DNA of 64,000 nucleotides from Sedimentisphaerales bacterium (GTDB lineage Bacteria; Planctomycetota; Phycisphaerae; Sedimentisphaerales; Anaerobacaceae): the NCBI GenBank assembly GCA_963708075.1, contig OY970194.1, forward strand, positions 5,440,001-5,504,000, given 5' to 3'. A program made the translations under genes and the position numbers. Of this stretch, positions 1 to 9,931 are shown piece after piece (within the stretch, counting starts at the first letter, position 1; each line of letters begins with the position of its first letter). Below the pieces are notes generated by a model. It saw nothing but the letters and a program-made list of their open reading frames with translations. It had not been told where the DNA came from and ran no database searches.

Positions 1-1
1 C

Positions 2-3000
2 GTACTGATCGGACTGCTGGCCGTGCTCTCATACTTCCTCGTCCGGGCACTCAAGCGCAGCATGACCTACGCCTACGCGGCTAACTACGTCGAGAACAGG
101 CGCAGCTTCGATCAGCAGCTTGTGGCCGCCGTCGAGTACTTTGAAAGAGGACAGGATTACCCCTATTCCCGGGCGCTCGCTGAGCAGTTGGTGCTGCAGG
201 TGGACGAGGCCGCACGCGGATTCCGCTTCGATTCCACGGTCAACAAGTGGCAGGGCTACGTGCTGGCAGGCCTCATCGCGCTCGGCCTGTTCGTGGTCGG
301 CCTGTTCGTCCAGCAGAACGTGCTGTACTTCTCGTCCTATCTGTCCCGGCTGTTCCGCCCGCTGGCAAAGATCGAGCCTGTGCCTGCGACCGTGCTGGAG
401 TCTGTGACAGAGGATATTGTCGTCGCCCGCGACACTCCGGTCACGCTCACCGCCGCTGTTCAAGGCCGCACGCCGGAGTCTGCTTCGCTCGTCCTGACCC
501 GGCACGACCCATGCGATGCCAATACAGTTTCCGAGAGATTGGAGGTCGGCCCAGCCGTGGATGCGCAGGGCAATACGACCCTCACGGCAACCAGGACGCT
601 CGGCACGCTTGGACATTTCAGCTATCGGTTCGAAGCAGGCGGTGTCTCGTCTGAGGTGCACACAGTGAAGGTGTGCGAGCCGCCTTCGATCAAGAGCATG
701 ACAGCCACAGTATCCTTGCCCCAGGACAAGGGGCAAGGCGCCGCGACTTACACTCAGCAGGTCAAAGACGGAACGCTGGAAGTGCTGCCGCACAGCACGG
801 TCGAGCTGCAGGTCGAGTGTACCGCGCCTCTGCGCGAGGCAAGTGTCGCCATGCCGGGCGGGCAACCGGCCGTGCGGACCCCCGATGGGGCCAACTCCTT
901 CAGTGTCCAATTCCCGGTGGATGCCGCCGCCGCCATGGAGTTCACGCTCACGAGCGCCGATGGCATTGCCAATCGGGAGCCGCAGCAGCTTCGCCTCGTG
1001 CTCAAAGGCGATGAGCCTCCGCAGTTCAAGCTGCTTTGCCCCGACGGCGACTGCCTCGCCACGGATGTCGCCAGTATTCCTATCACATTCGAGGTCACAG
1101 ATGACTTCGGCCTGGACGCTGTGCAACTCTTCTGCGAGTTGCCCCGCCGTGATCCGTCTCTGATCGAGTCCAAAGTGGGCGAGGGTGCCAAGAGCATGAC
1201 ATTAACGCATACGCTCGAACTAGAGCAACACGACGTACGGGTCGGCGACAGTATTCTGTTCTATGCTCGGGCGACGGATGTCAGCACGGGACAACGGACT
1301 GCGGACGCCAATTCCTGCAGCGAGGTCTATTTCATTGAGATCCGGCCCTATCAGCAGTACTGGCATCCGGAGGAGGGCGGCCAGCCGAGCTCCATCCCTG
1401 GCCCTGTCCCCGAGGACCTCATCGCAATCCTCGAATACACCCGGGCGATTCTCAAGAAGACTTGGGCACTCGCCAATGCGTCACTGCCCGCGAGCGAAAG
1501 CGCGTCGCGCCTCGACGCCCTTCGCGGGGATGTGGAGTACTGTACCCGGACGCTCGCGAGCACTCGCGATGACCCGGAGAACGCCTTTAGCGAATCCGAC
1601 AAGGCAGCACTGCGTAAGATTGGCGAACGCTACGAGGACGCCGGGGATAAGCTCAGGCGTGGCGATGCCGACGCCGCGCTGCCTGCCGTGCGGGACGCCT
1701 ACCGCCTGCTGCGGCAGTTCATCGACGAGTTACACCTGAAGTGGACGCCACCTCAGAGCGGCCAAAGCGTCCCCGAGGAAAAGCCCGAGCGCGTCAAGCT
1801 CCAGGAGGAGCCGCAAAGCCCGGAGATGGACAAGCAGCGCGTCGAGAACCAGCTTGAAAAACTGCAGCGCAAGATCGATTCTCTGACCCGCGAGCAGAAG
1901 TCCCTCAGCACCGACCTGAACAAGGCCCTGCAACAGGAGCAGGCGGCAAGCAGCGGCCAGCCGGATAGCGCATCCTCCTCAAGTGCCGGCAGCAGCGGAC
2001 AATCATCACCGAGTCCGGCCCAGGACTCGCAGCGTCAATCGACACAGGACCCACAGGGTGCAGATAAGAAGATGCCTCAGCAAACGCGCGAGGACAAACA
2101 GACCGCGGGCGACGCGGGTTCCTCTGAGGGCCAGAAAGACAACGAGCAGAAAGACTCCGCGAAGGATCAGGCGACTCAGGGCCAATCGACCTCCGCACAC
2201 GCGCAGTCGCAGGACGGCAGCCAGTCGAGCGCGCAACAGGGCTCCTCACCCGGTAGTTCAGGCTCACCGCAGCAAAACTCGGCAAGCCAACCCGGCTCCA
2301 CACAGGCGAACTCGCAAGACGGCAAGGAATCGAGTACGCCGCAAGGCTCGTCACCGGGCAGTCCCGGTGCCGCACAGAACAGCCAGACTGGCCAAGCCCG
2401 CTCGGCCGGCTCACAGAGCGAGGGGAGCCCTTCCGCGGCGACGGATGCACGGCTTCGCATGCTGGAGGCGAAGCAGAAGGCCATCCGCGAGCAGGCGTCG
2501 CAGGTGCAGGCGGAGTTGCAGCAGGTGCGCACGACGGAGGTGACTGCCCAGGGCCGTGCGCGGGATGAGGCGCAAAAGCGCGTGGGGCAGGCCGTGGAGG
2601 AGATGAAGGAGTTCGAGGAAAAGCTCGCGGATGCGCGGTATGAGGCGGCGCCATCGCAGGACAAAGCCGGCCTGTCCGAGTCGGCCGAATCCGCACGTCG
2701 GCAGCTTGCCGAGGCGGGCCGGGCCATCCGCCAAGGGCTGTCCGGCGATAAGCCCAAGACGGCTGCCGAGCAGGCCCGGGAGATGGCCGAGCAGCTTGCC
2801 GCCGATGCCGACGCGCTCGATGAGTCTCTCAGCCCCGCCGACCGCCAGCGAATGCTGGAGCGGCTCGAGGCGGCCAAACGCCTGCTCCAGGACAATCCCG
2901 ACGTGCAGTGGGGCACGGTCTCCGGCCGCGGCACGTCCACCGGCGGCCTGGTCTATACGCAGGGCGGAGCCACGACGCCCGCGGAGACGGCGCGGATGCT

Positions 3001-3151
3001 GGCGAAGCAGTTCTGGTCCATCGCCATCGAGGCAAGGCAGAAGGAACTCCAGCCGTTTGTGGAGCAGCCGTCCGACGTCGAGTTCTTCCAGGCGGAGAAG
3101 GAGTTCTTTGAGAGAGCGGCCCAATTCAAACCGTCGGGTACGGAAAAATGA
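2..3151 (+). CDS. Large membrane-anchored protein (DUF4175-like): Ig-like domains, coiled coils and a Ser/Gln/Gly-rich linker; 5'-partial
   Basis: Frame is open from the window edge. TM segment (GYVLAGLIALGLFVVGLFV), DDFGL motif, long low-complexity S/Q tract; precedes vWA and DUF4159 genes as in MoxR/DUF58/vWA clusters. Confidence 0.7.
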   Translation, partial: VLIGLLAVLSYFLVRALKRSMTYAYAANYVENRRSFDQQLVAAVEYFERGQDYPYSRALAEQLVLQVDEAARGFRFDSTVNKWQGYVLAGLIALGLFVVGLFVQQNVLYFSSYLSRLFRPLAKIEPVPATVLESVTEDIVVARDTPVTLTAAVQGRTPESASLVLTRHDPCDANTVSERLEVGPAVDAQGNTTLTATRTLGTLGHFSYRFEAGGVSSEVHTVKVCEPPSIKSMTATVSLPQDKGQGAATYTQQVKDGTLEVLPHSTVELQVECTAPLREASVAMPGGQPAVRTPDGANSFSVQFPVDAAAAMEFTLTSADGIANREPQQLRLVLKGDEPPQFKLLCPDGDCLATDVASIPITFEVTDDFGLDAVQLFCELPRRDPSLIESKVGEGAKSMTLTHTLELEQHDVRVGDSILFYARATDVSTGQRTADANSCSEVYFIEIRPYQQYWHPEEGGQPSSIPGPVPEDLIAILEYTRAILKKTWALANASLPASESASRLDALRGDVEYCTRTLASTRDDPENAFSESDKAALRKIGERYEDAGDKLRRGDADAALPAVRDAYRLLRQFIDELHLKWTPPQSGQSVPEEKPERVKLQEEPQSPEMDKQRVENQLEKLQRKIDSLTREQKSLSTDLNKALQQEQAASSGQPDSASSSSAGSSGQSSPSPAQDSQRQSTQDPQGADKKMPQQTREDKQTAGDAGSSEGQKDNEQKDSAKDQATQGQSTSAHAQSQDGSQSSAQQGSSPGSSGSPQQNSASQPGSTQANSQDGKESSTPQGSSPGSPGAAQNSQTGQARSAGSQSEGSPSAATDARLRMLEAKQKAIREQASQVQAELQQVRTTEVTAQGRARDEAQKRVGQAVEEMKEFEEKLADARYEAAPSQDKAGLSESAESARRQLAEAGRAIRQGLSGDKPKTAAEQAREMAEQLAADADALDESLSPADRQRMLERLEAAKRLLQDNPDVQWGTVSGRGTSTGGLVYTQGGATTPAETARMLAKQFWSIAIEARQKELQPFVEQPSDVEFFQAEKEFFERAAQFKPSGTEK

Positions 3152-5327
3152 CGCTCACGCACTATCCGGGACATCTCGTTGTCGTGACTGCCGCAGTGGC
3201 GCTGGCCGTGCTGACGTTTACCGCGTTCTATTGCGCCGAGACGCGAGCCCCCCAGCGCGGGCGATACCGCTGGCTCCTGATGCTGCTGCAATATGCGGCA
3301 ATCCTCGTGCTGTTTATCATCACGTGGGACCCGTCCACGCTGCAGACACACGAGGTCTTCCAGCGCAACGCCGTCGTGACGCTGTTCGACACGAGTGAGA
3401 GCATGTCCATCGCCGATGAGCGGAAGCTCGCCCGCTTGGACAAAGCCGTGGAGAAGTTCGCAGCATCCTTCCATCCGGATGATTCCACCGGTCCCGAGTA
3501 CCGGCTCTACGGCTTCGACCGCCAGGCGTATCATTGCAGCTCGGCCGACCTGCTGCGCCGCTGGGGTTCCGAGACAAATCTGCACGCCGCGATGTCACTG
3601 CTGACCCAGTCCGGCCGAGGTGCAGACCGAAGTCCGGCCGGCGCGATGGTGTTCACGGATGGCCGGGCAGGGGATAGGAACGTCCGGAGTTATCTGCCGC
3701 CGCTGGAGAAGGGCACGCAGATGTTTGTCATAGGCGTCGGCTCCAAAACTCCACGGATGGGTGCCGCGATCAAATCGATTTCCGCTCCCGCGCGGGCTTG
3801 GATCGATACGGCGTATCCCGCAGTCGTCACGGTCACAGGCACGAACCTCTCGAATGAGCCGCTCACCGTCGAGCTGCTCCACGACGGCCAGGTCACAGAC
3901 TCGCGCCGCATTGCACGAGACCAATTGAAGCGTTCCACCGACCGGCCGACCGCGGGAGAGGCCACCCTGGAGTTCAGAGTCCCCGCGCAGCAACTCGGCA
4001 CGCACGTCCTCACGGCCCGCGTCGTGCCTCACGGGAACGAGGCGAACACGGCCAACAACACCCGCAGTACGGCCGTCGAGGTCACCCAGGAACAAACGCT
4101 TCGGCTCCTGCTGTACGCACAGCAGGCGAGCTTCGATGTGGGCAAGATCCGCCAGGCGCTGGCCTGGGACAAACGAATCGAGCTCGACCTTCGGCTGGAC
4201 ATGATCCGCGACCCGGTCCTCGCGCAGCGCGCTTCTATCAACTCCGCGTCCGTGAAGTTCCCCGAGGGCAGGGAGCAACTCAATGACTTCGATGTGATCG
4301 TCCTGGGCCCGTGTGATCTGGGCCGATTCACGTCCGTGCAGCGCGACGCCTTGTACAGTTTCGTCGCGGATCGCGGGGGCGGGCTGCTGCTCCTGCCCGG
4401 TCCCAGCGTGGCCTCTCTGGCCGCCTGGCAGAGCGAGCAAGCCGATGTGTTGCTGCCTGTGATCCTTGACGCTCGGAATCCTCGTGTCATGCCGCCGGAC
4501 CCAAACACGATCAAGTTGTCCTTCGAGGCTCAGGTTGGCCGCCTCTTCAATCCGGCGGACCTTGCAGATCCGAACAAATCCATCTCCCCGTATTATCATG
4601 TGGCTCGGACCAAGCCTGCGGCCACCACGTTGGCCACGGTGGGGGGCACGCCGATCATCTCGGCCCATCGGCTCGGCCGGGGACGCGTCTGCCTCCTCAA
4701 TGCCGCCAAGCTGTTCACGCTCTATCGCGAGGACGAGAAGGGCGGTCTACTGGGCGACTTGATCTGCGGCCTTGCCGCCTACCTGGGCGCTGCGCTTCCG
4801 GGGGGACCGGCATCGAGTTGTTCGTCGAGCGCGAGGTGGACGATCCAAGGCGTGCGGCGTTCAACGCCTATGTCACCGACAAGGATTTCAAGCCGGTCAG
4901 CGAGGCGAGTGTGCTCCTGAGCGTCGGTGACCAGGCGGTGACCATGGAGCCGGCGGGCGAGGGACGCTACACAGCCGAACTCGACCTCGGATCGGCTGAA
5001 TCCGTCGTAGCTACTGCCCAGGCGGAGCAGAACGGCACGTTCCTTGGTGAGAGGACGATCGCTGCCAATCTCCCGCCAGTCCGTAATGAAATGTCCGAGA
5101 CTGATCTCGACGAGCCGTTCCTCAAGGCCCTCGCCCAGCGCCTCGGCGCCAAATACCTCCACATCGACGACGTTGACAACAAAATCGCGGGGACTTTCAC
5201 AGCGAAGCAGCAGATCGGCACCACGCAGGAAATCACCAGCGCCTGGCCGCGCTGGCCCCTGCTGCTCCTGCTATGCCTGCTGCTGTCCATCAAGTGGTTC
5301 CTCCGGCGATCTATAGGACTGGTCTGA
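3148..5327 (+). CDS. vWA / glutamine-amidotransferase-like membrane protein, frameshifted near 4800
   Basis: ATGA overlap with the previous stop; MIDAS-like DTSESM and FTDG motifs; GGGLLLLPG. ORFs 3148-4920 and 4818-5327 join across a G6 run (4800-4805) and end in a typical C-terminal TM (WPLLLLLCLLLSIKWFLRR). Confidence 0.7.
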
Positions 5328-6157
5328 TGCGAAGAATAGCTCCACAAATCGCGACACTTGTCTTGCTGCTCTCGTGCATGACCTGCCCCGAGGCTGCCGA
5401 TTGCGGCGTGCCGACCAATCATCGGCCAGAGACAACGCTGCTCATTGTCAGCGGGATCAGCAGGGACCCGAACGATCAGGCGACCCGCGACCAGGCTATG
5501 ATCGCCCTGCGAGAGCATCTGCTCAAACGGATGAATGTCGATCCACAGAGGCTGGTGGTTCTTACGGCCGACGCGTCTCCCGCCTCCAGCCTGCAGTCTA
5601 CAGTCTCCCAGATTTCTCGCGTGATGGACACGTTCGTATCCGCCGTTCGCCCCACGGACAGGTTCATCTTCTACTATATCGGCCAGGCCAATGTGGCCGG
5701 TGGGGAGTTGCGGTTCAATCTGCCCGGGCCGGATATGACGCAGAAGGAACTGGCGGGACGGCTTGGCAGGATCAAGGCGGGCGCTCAGCTTATCGTGCTC
5801 GATTGCCCCTGTGCGGCTCTGGCCGCCAAAACTCTGACCTCAGCCAATCGAATCACCGTATGCGCCTCAGCGGCAACACAGGTTTACGGCACGCGGTTCA
5901 CCCCGCACTTCGTGCACGCGCTCGCCCAGCCGCAAACCGATGCGAACAATGACGCCAAGGTCTCGGTCCTGGAGGCCTTTACAGAGACCGCCAAAGAAAT
6001 CGAGCAGTGGTATCGACAAAAGGGAATCTTGTCCACGGAAACCCCTTGCCTGGAAGACGACGGCGATGGCACACCGAGCGAGCGGCCGTGGAAGCATGCG
6101 ACTGAAGGTGGCGACGGTCTGAAAGCCTCCGCATTCCTGTTGGCGGAGGGACGCTGA
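5327..6157 (+). CDS. Secreted caspase/C13-like fold protein with EF-hand-like DANNDAKVS motif
   Basis: TGATG coupling at 5325-5329; signal peptide; FIFYYIGQA and IVLDCPC resemble caspase-fold strands. Confidence 0.55.
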   Translation: MRRIAPQIATLVLLLSCMTCPEAADCGVPTNHRPETTLLIVSGISRDPNDQATRDQAMIALREHLLKRMNVDPQRLVVLTADASPASSLQSTVSQISRVMDTFVSAVRPTDRFIFYYIGQANVAGGELRFNLPGPDMTQKELAGRLGRIKAGAQLIVLDCPCAALAAKTLTSANRITVCASAATQVYGTRFTPHFVHALAQPQTDANNDAKVSVLEAFTETAKEIEQWYRQKGILSTETPCLEDDGDGTPSERPWKHATEGGDGLKASAFLLAEGR

Positions 6158-6158
6158 G

Positions 6159-7166
6159 ATGCAACGGCGAGATTTCCTGAGACTGGCGGCTGGACTGACG
6201 CTTGGCGTCGGGCAGTCATATGCTTGTGCAGGCTCGGCGCCGCGCACACGGCGACAGGCGGACCCGCAGTTTGAATCCTTCATGCGGGACATGCAGGCGA
6301 GGATGCGCAACATGCAGCAGTCGATGCCGCCGTTTGGCATCCCGCCCTCGCAGCCGCCGTTCGGCTTTCCGCCGTCACGGTCGCCGCTCGGACCCGACCC
6401 CAACCAGCCGTCATATATGGCTTCGGCCGCAACCTACGATGACTACGACTTTGTCCTGACGCGGGTGCAGTTCAAAGAGCAGGGGACACCCGGGTACGGC
6501 AAGGGCCCCGATGTCTGGAACGTCCGCCCGGGTGCCGACGCCAATCTCCTGCGCGAACTCTCTGCGGCGATCCGCTGCAAGGTCAAACCGGTCGATCTGG
6601 GCTTCGACTGGGACCCGCAGTACGCCCAGCCGGGCCAACTCAACGCAGTCGTCACCTTCGACGACCGGCAGCGCCTGCGCGAGTACCCCTTCCTCTTCAT
6701 GACCGGCGAGAACGGCTACGTGTTCACCGACGAGCAGAAACAGAACCTGCAGGACTACATCAAGGCCGGCGGCTTTCTGCTCATGGACGACTGCGTCGTC
6801 AGCGACGGCGGTGATTTCTTCTATCGCAGCTCCTTCGAGCTGCTGGAGAACCTCTTCGGCAAGGGGGCCGTGCGCCAGATCCCGCGCGAGCACGAGGTTT
6901 GCCACAACATCTACGACCTGCGCGAGGTGGGCCTTCCGACGCTGGAGTACATCCAGCGCCGCCCGTACCGCCACATGCGTCAGACACACGGCCAGAACCA
7001 CGGCCCCCGCGGCGTCTTCATCGGCGACCGGCTCGCGGTCTTCCTCAGCTCCACCGACCTGCATTGCGGCTGGTGCGACAGCCACGGCATCGAATGGGGA
7101 CTCGACGCCTACCGAAGAACCATCCAGTGGGGCATCAACATCATTATGTACGCCATGACGCATTGA
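6159..7166 (+). CDS. DUF4159 domain protein with Tat signal
   Basis: MQRRDFLRL twin-arginine motif; YPFLFMTG, YIKAGGFLLMDD and GINIIMYAMTH are typical of DUF4159. Confidence 0.8.
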   Translation: MQRRDFLRLAAGLTLGVGQSYACAGSAPRTRRQADPQFESFMRDMQARMRNMQQSMPPFGIPPSQPPFGFPPSRSPLGPDPNQPSYMASAATYDDYDFVLTRVQFKEQGTPGYGKGPDVWNVRPGADANLLRELSAAIRCKVKPVDLGFDWDPQYAQPGQLNAVVTFDDRQRLREYPFLFMTGENGYVFTDEQKQNLQDYIKAGGFLLMDDCVVSDGGDFFYRSSFELLENLFGKGAVRQIPREHEVCHNIYDLREVGLPTLEYIQRRPYRHMRQTHGQNHGPRGVFIGDRLAVFLSSTDLHCGWCDSHGIEWGLDAYRRTIQWGINIIMYAMTH

Positions 7167-7455
7167 CAGGTCAGTCGGCGGTTATTGGCATCCTGTATTT
7201 AGGCGCAACGCGAGCCCATTTGGCTTTTGGTTGACCGATGCTCAAGGCCGCATCGCTTGTTAGTTCACCTCGCGAAGAAGCGGACTACCAGGACATAACG
7301 TCGGCGGTCACAGCAAGCATGCGCAATATTAGCTAATCTCCAGTAGATTCCCGGCAGAGGTGAAGCATCGTCACGACCATACTCCATTCATCGACCTGCC
7401 GACAGGTCACTGTCGCCAATTGCTCTTTCCGGAGTCATTGCACCAGTTTGGCGAC

Positions 7456-7656
7456 CTATCCTCCATTGTTGGATGGAGGCGTGGACTCATTTGTGTTGGA
7501 ACCTGGCGTGGAGCATGCATTCTTCTTCCATTCAGGCCAACTCTCGACAATTCTCCGAGCCTCAGCAAAGTGCGCAGGCTGCGATTGTTGGCTGGAGGCG
7601 GTTGTCCGGTTCCAAGCGAGCCCACCTTCCCTATTGCTTTCCTGCGGCTTGTCCAT
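7456..7656 (-). CDS. Small hypothetical protein (66 aa) overlapping the end of the dCTP deaminase gene
   Basis: GGAGAG 5 nt upstream of ATG at 7656; start lies inside the last codons of the deaminase; contains ARRIVESWPEWKK. Confidence 0.5.
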   Translation of the reverse strand: MDKPQESNREGGLAWNRTTASSQQSQPAHFAEARRIVESWPEWKKNACSTPGSNTNESTPPSNNGG

Positions 7657-9202
7657 TTCCACTCTCCAGTCCTTCCCGATATTCGGCGAATCTCTTTGTT
7701 GCCTCAGTCTCCTGCTCCAAGTAGGAGCAAGGGAGCATCTGTATTCTCACACAACTCTGGTCGCGCTGCCAGCGTAAAATATGACCATCGTTGTTTTTAC
7801 GCACAAGGTCGAATCCAGTGCTCAATCTCATCGAGAATAAGTCAAAGAACTTTCTAGGACCTATCCCGACGAATGGCTCGAACTTGACAAAGGTCGCATT
7901 AGAGCTTTTCCCGTCGGCAATTGCGTCGTCGTGAAATTCCATTGCTTTGCTCTTGGGATAGGGCTCTACGTACACAACCCGTGCAATTCCGGCGGCTATT
8001 ATGTGCTTTGCGCAGTTATGACATGGGAATGTCGTTGTATATAACGTCGCCCTGCGAGCACCCACAGTGTTCCGTGCACAGAAGAGTAGTGCCTCCATTT
8101 CAGCGTGTACCACACGTCCATATTCAGTAAGGTCTCCTATCCTGCTCTTCAGCAGCGCGGCATCGACCTTCGATTTATCGACGCTTTTGTCCAGTCGTCC
8201 CAGGATTTCCTCTACTATCTTCTGCTGCTCCTTCTTGTTTGAATCTTCACCTCTCTTGTAGTCTCGCCCGTTCTTAGCATCTTCGTATTCGTGTGTGTCC
8301 GGGTTCCATTTAGACCAATACAAGCCGCCTCCAGGTTTGGGGCAGTCATTAGCCCCTGTAGCAATAATCTCTTCGTTATTAGCTATTACAGCTCCTATTT
8401 GTCGTGACAGGTCCGCCGACCTCAGGGAAGAAGCGAACGCCATGAACATCGCGTATTCGTCAAAGGTAGGAGTGATGTACGGATTCCCGAAAATAAGGTC
8501 CAATATTCGCCACAAGCTGCTTTTCCAGCAACGGTCGTCATCATCCAGATTGATGAAGAAGTCCGCCAAGTGAAATGTGTCACGCGTGTGTTGACCGTGC
8601 CCCTCCACCTCATCCTCATCCCTTGTGATTAGCTCTTCCGCCTTAGCCGGATCTACATTCTTCTCCCCTGTCAGGTAGTCTCGACGGCTCTGCTTGCCGG
8701 AGTATACTCCGATAAGATAGAAGCCGTCTGTGTAGACGCGTCGGAGACGCCTCACCTCCTCGGGATGCTTCAATGAATCCACTATATAAGCAATGCGGGG
8801 TCGAGGCTTAACATTCTCCTGTTCGTCATGATCTCTCTCACGGAATACTTCTGAACAGATTCCTAGAGCAAGAATGGAGTTGTCGCCTGAAGACTTACGC
8901 GCTTGATTGCCTCGATCGATATATGTACTTACACGATCGAACTCCGACGAGAATTCCGGAGGGATATCGCTGTAAAGGGTTCCAATCACATGTTGAGACA
9001 CACGGATTTCCCTAACATGGTAGTTGAAGACACGAAGCCTATCAGTGATGGCCTCAACCACTCGCTTTTGTTGAGTACCCACCGCACCTACGAGGCCAAT
9101 CACAAGTTCCGTATCTGTGTACCTACCCTCGAACGATTTGTGAATATGGTCGTCTGAAGTACGAATGGTGCTCGCATTCTCACACAAGATAGATCCCTCC
9201 AA
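7631..9202 (-). CDS. Anti-phage-type dCTP deaminase (P-loop kinase-like domain + Zn deaminase; AvcD-like)
   Basis: N-terminal IGLVGAVGT and DSLKHPEEV; C-terminal RSADLSRQIGA, VHAEMEAL, FPCHNCAK; 523 aa; visibly more AT-rich than the flanks. Confidence 0.9.
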   Translation of the reverse strand: MEGSILCENASTIRTSDDHIHKSFEGRYTDTELVIGLVGAVGTQQKRVVEAITDRLRVFNYHVREIRVSQHVIGTLYSDIPPEFSSEFDRVSTYIDRGNQARKSSGDNSILALGICSEVFRERDHDEQENVKPRPRIAYIVDSLKHPEEVRRLRRVYTDGFYLIGVYSGKQSRRDYLTGEKNVDPAKAEELITRDEDEVEGHGQHTRDTFHLADFFINLDDDDRCWKSSLWRILDLIFGNPYITPTFDEYAMFMAFASSLRSADLSRQIGAVIANNEEIIATGANDCPKPGGGLYWSKWNPDTHEYEDAKNGRDYKRGEDSNKKEQQKIVEEILGRLDKSVDKSKVDAALLKSRIGDLTEYGRVVHAEMEALLFCARNTVGARRATLYTTTFPCHNCAKHIIAAGIARVVYVEPYPKSKAMEFHDDAIADGKSSNATFVKFEPFVGIGPRKFFDLFSMRLSTGFDLVRKNNDGHILRWQRDQSCVRIQMLPCSYLEQETEATKRFAEYREGLESGNGQAAGKQ

Positions 9203-9275
9203 TCAACGCACCTCTAATGACCACAGGTTCTGTCAACCCAAACGCAAGGCCACGAAAGTCACTGTTACCAGTAAG

Positions 9276-9304
9276 AATATACCCAGAATTGCGCGACAAT
9301 ACAA
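9276..9304 (-). promoter_or_regulatory. Candidate sigma70 promoter for the dCTP deaminase
   Basis: Minus strand TTGTAT-17 nt-TATATT, about 70 nt upstream of the TTG start, which has GAGGTG upstream. Confidence 0.5.
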
Positions 9305-9352
9305 GTGTGAAATTGGGTTGTGAACAGAAGCTGTGGTGGCACAATCTGCGCG

Positions 9353-9856
9353 CTAATGGCGAAGGAACAGGCGGAGGAGGGCCATGATCACGGCGAGGCC
9401 TACCTCAACGTAGTAGGTGATGTCCGCGTTCTGGTCGTTCGTGCCCACATCCGTCATTGAGCTGGTCCGCATCTGAGCCAAGGCGATTTGCTGATCGATG
9501 TCCGTGGGTTGGACCTTCTTTACCCTGGGAAAGATCTCCAGCTCGCCGGGGTCGAACCACATCATCTGACACTGCCGGCACAGGTCCAGGCGCAGCGATT
9601 GGTCCTCGTGGCGGGCGACAAACTCCCTGAGCGCACGCGAACATGACGGGCACTTATGAGGGGAAGGCTCGCTGGCGTCCATGGCCTTGCGCCAGAAATC
9701 CCGGACCACATCTTCCGCCAGTTGCCTGCGAAGAACCGTGAGATTAGCCGCGACGCCGGAACACTGGGGACATCGCCACAAGCCGCCGTGAAGATGCTTC
9801 TCCAGGTTGAGCGGCTTGCCGCACCGCGGACACAACATGGGCTGCAGTTGCATCAT
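9353..9856 (-). CDS. Double zinc-ribbon (zf-TFIIB-like) protein with C-terminal hydrophobic segment
   Basis: CPRC..CPQC and CPSC..CRQC..WFDPGEL. Confidence 0.75.
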   Translation of the reverse strand: MMQLQPMLCPRCGKPLNLEKHLHGGLWRCPQCSGVAANLTVLRRQLAEDVVRDFWRKAMDASEPSPHKCPSCSRALREFVARHEDQSLRLDLCRQCQMMWFDPGELEIFPRVKKVQPTDIDQQIALAQMRTSSMTDVGTNDQNADITYYVEVGLAVIMALLRLFLRH

Positions 9857-9931
9857 CTCCTGTCCTCGATACCAATGACAAGCCCATTCTGCCGGTATCG
9901 GCTCAGCCTGTCAAGCCGCGCGGTCTTGAAC

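Noticed and set aside
1900..2450. Quasi-repeated Ser/Gln/Gly-coding DNA
   Set aside because: Low-complexity protein linker, not a DNA repeat array or CRISPR.
7200..7305. attC-like AAC..GTT boxes near the defence islet
   Set aside because: R boxes are imperfect and not complementary; no integrase or second site seen.
7360..7857. 165-aa plus-strand ORF
   Set aside because: Antisense shadow of the deaminase and small ORF; no recognisable motifs.
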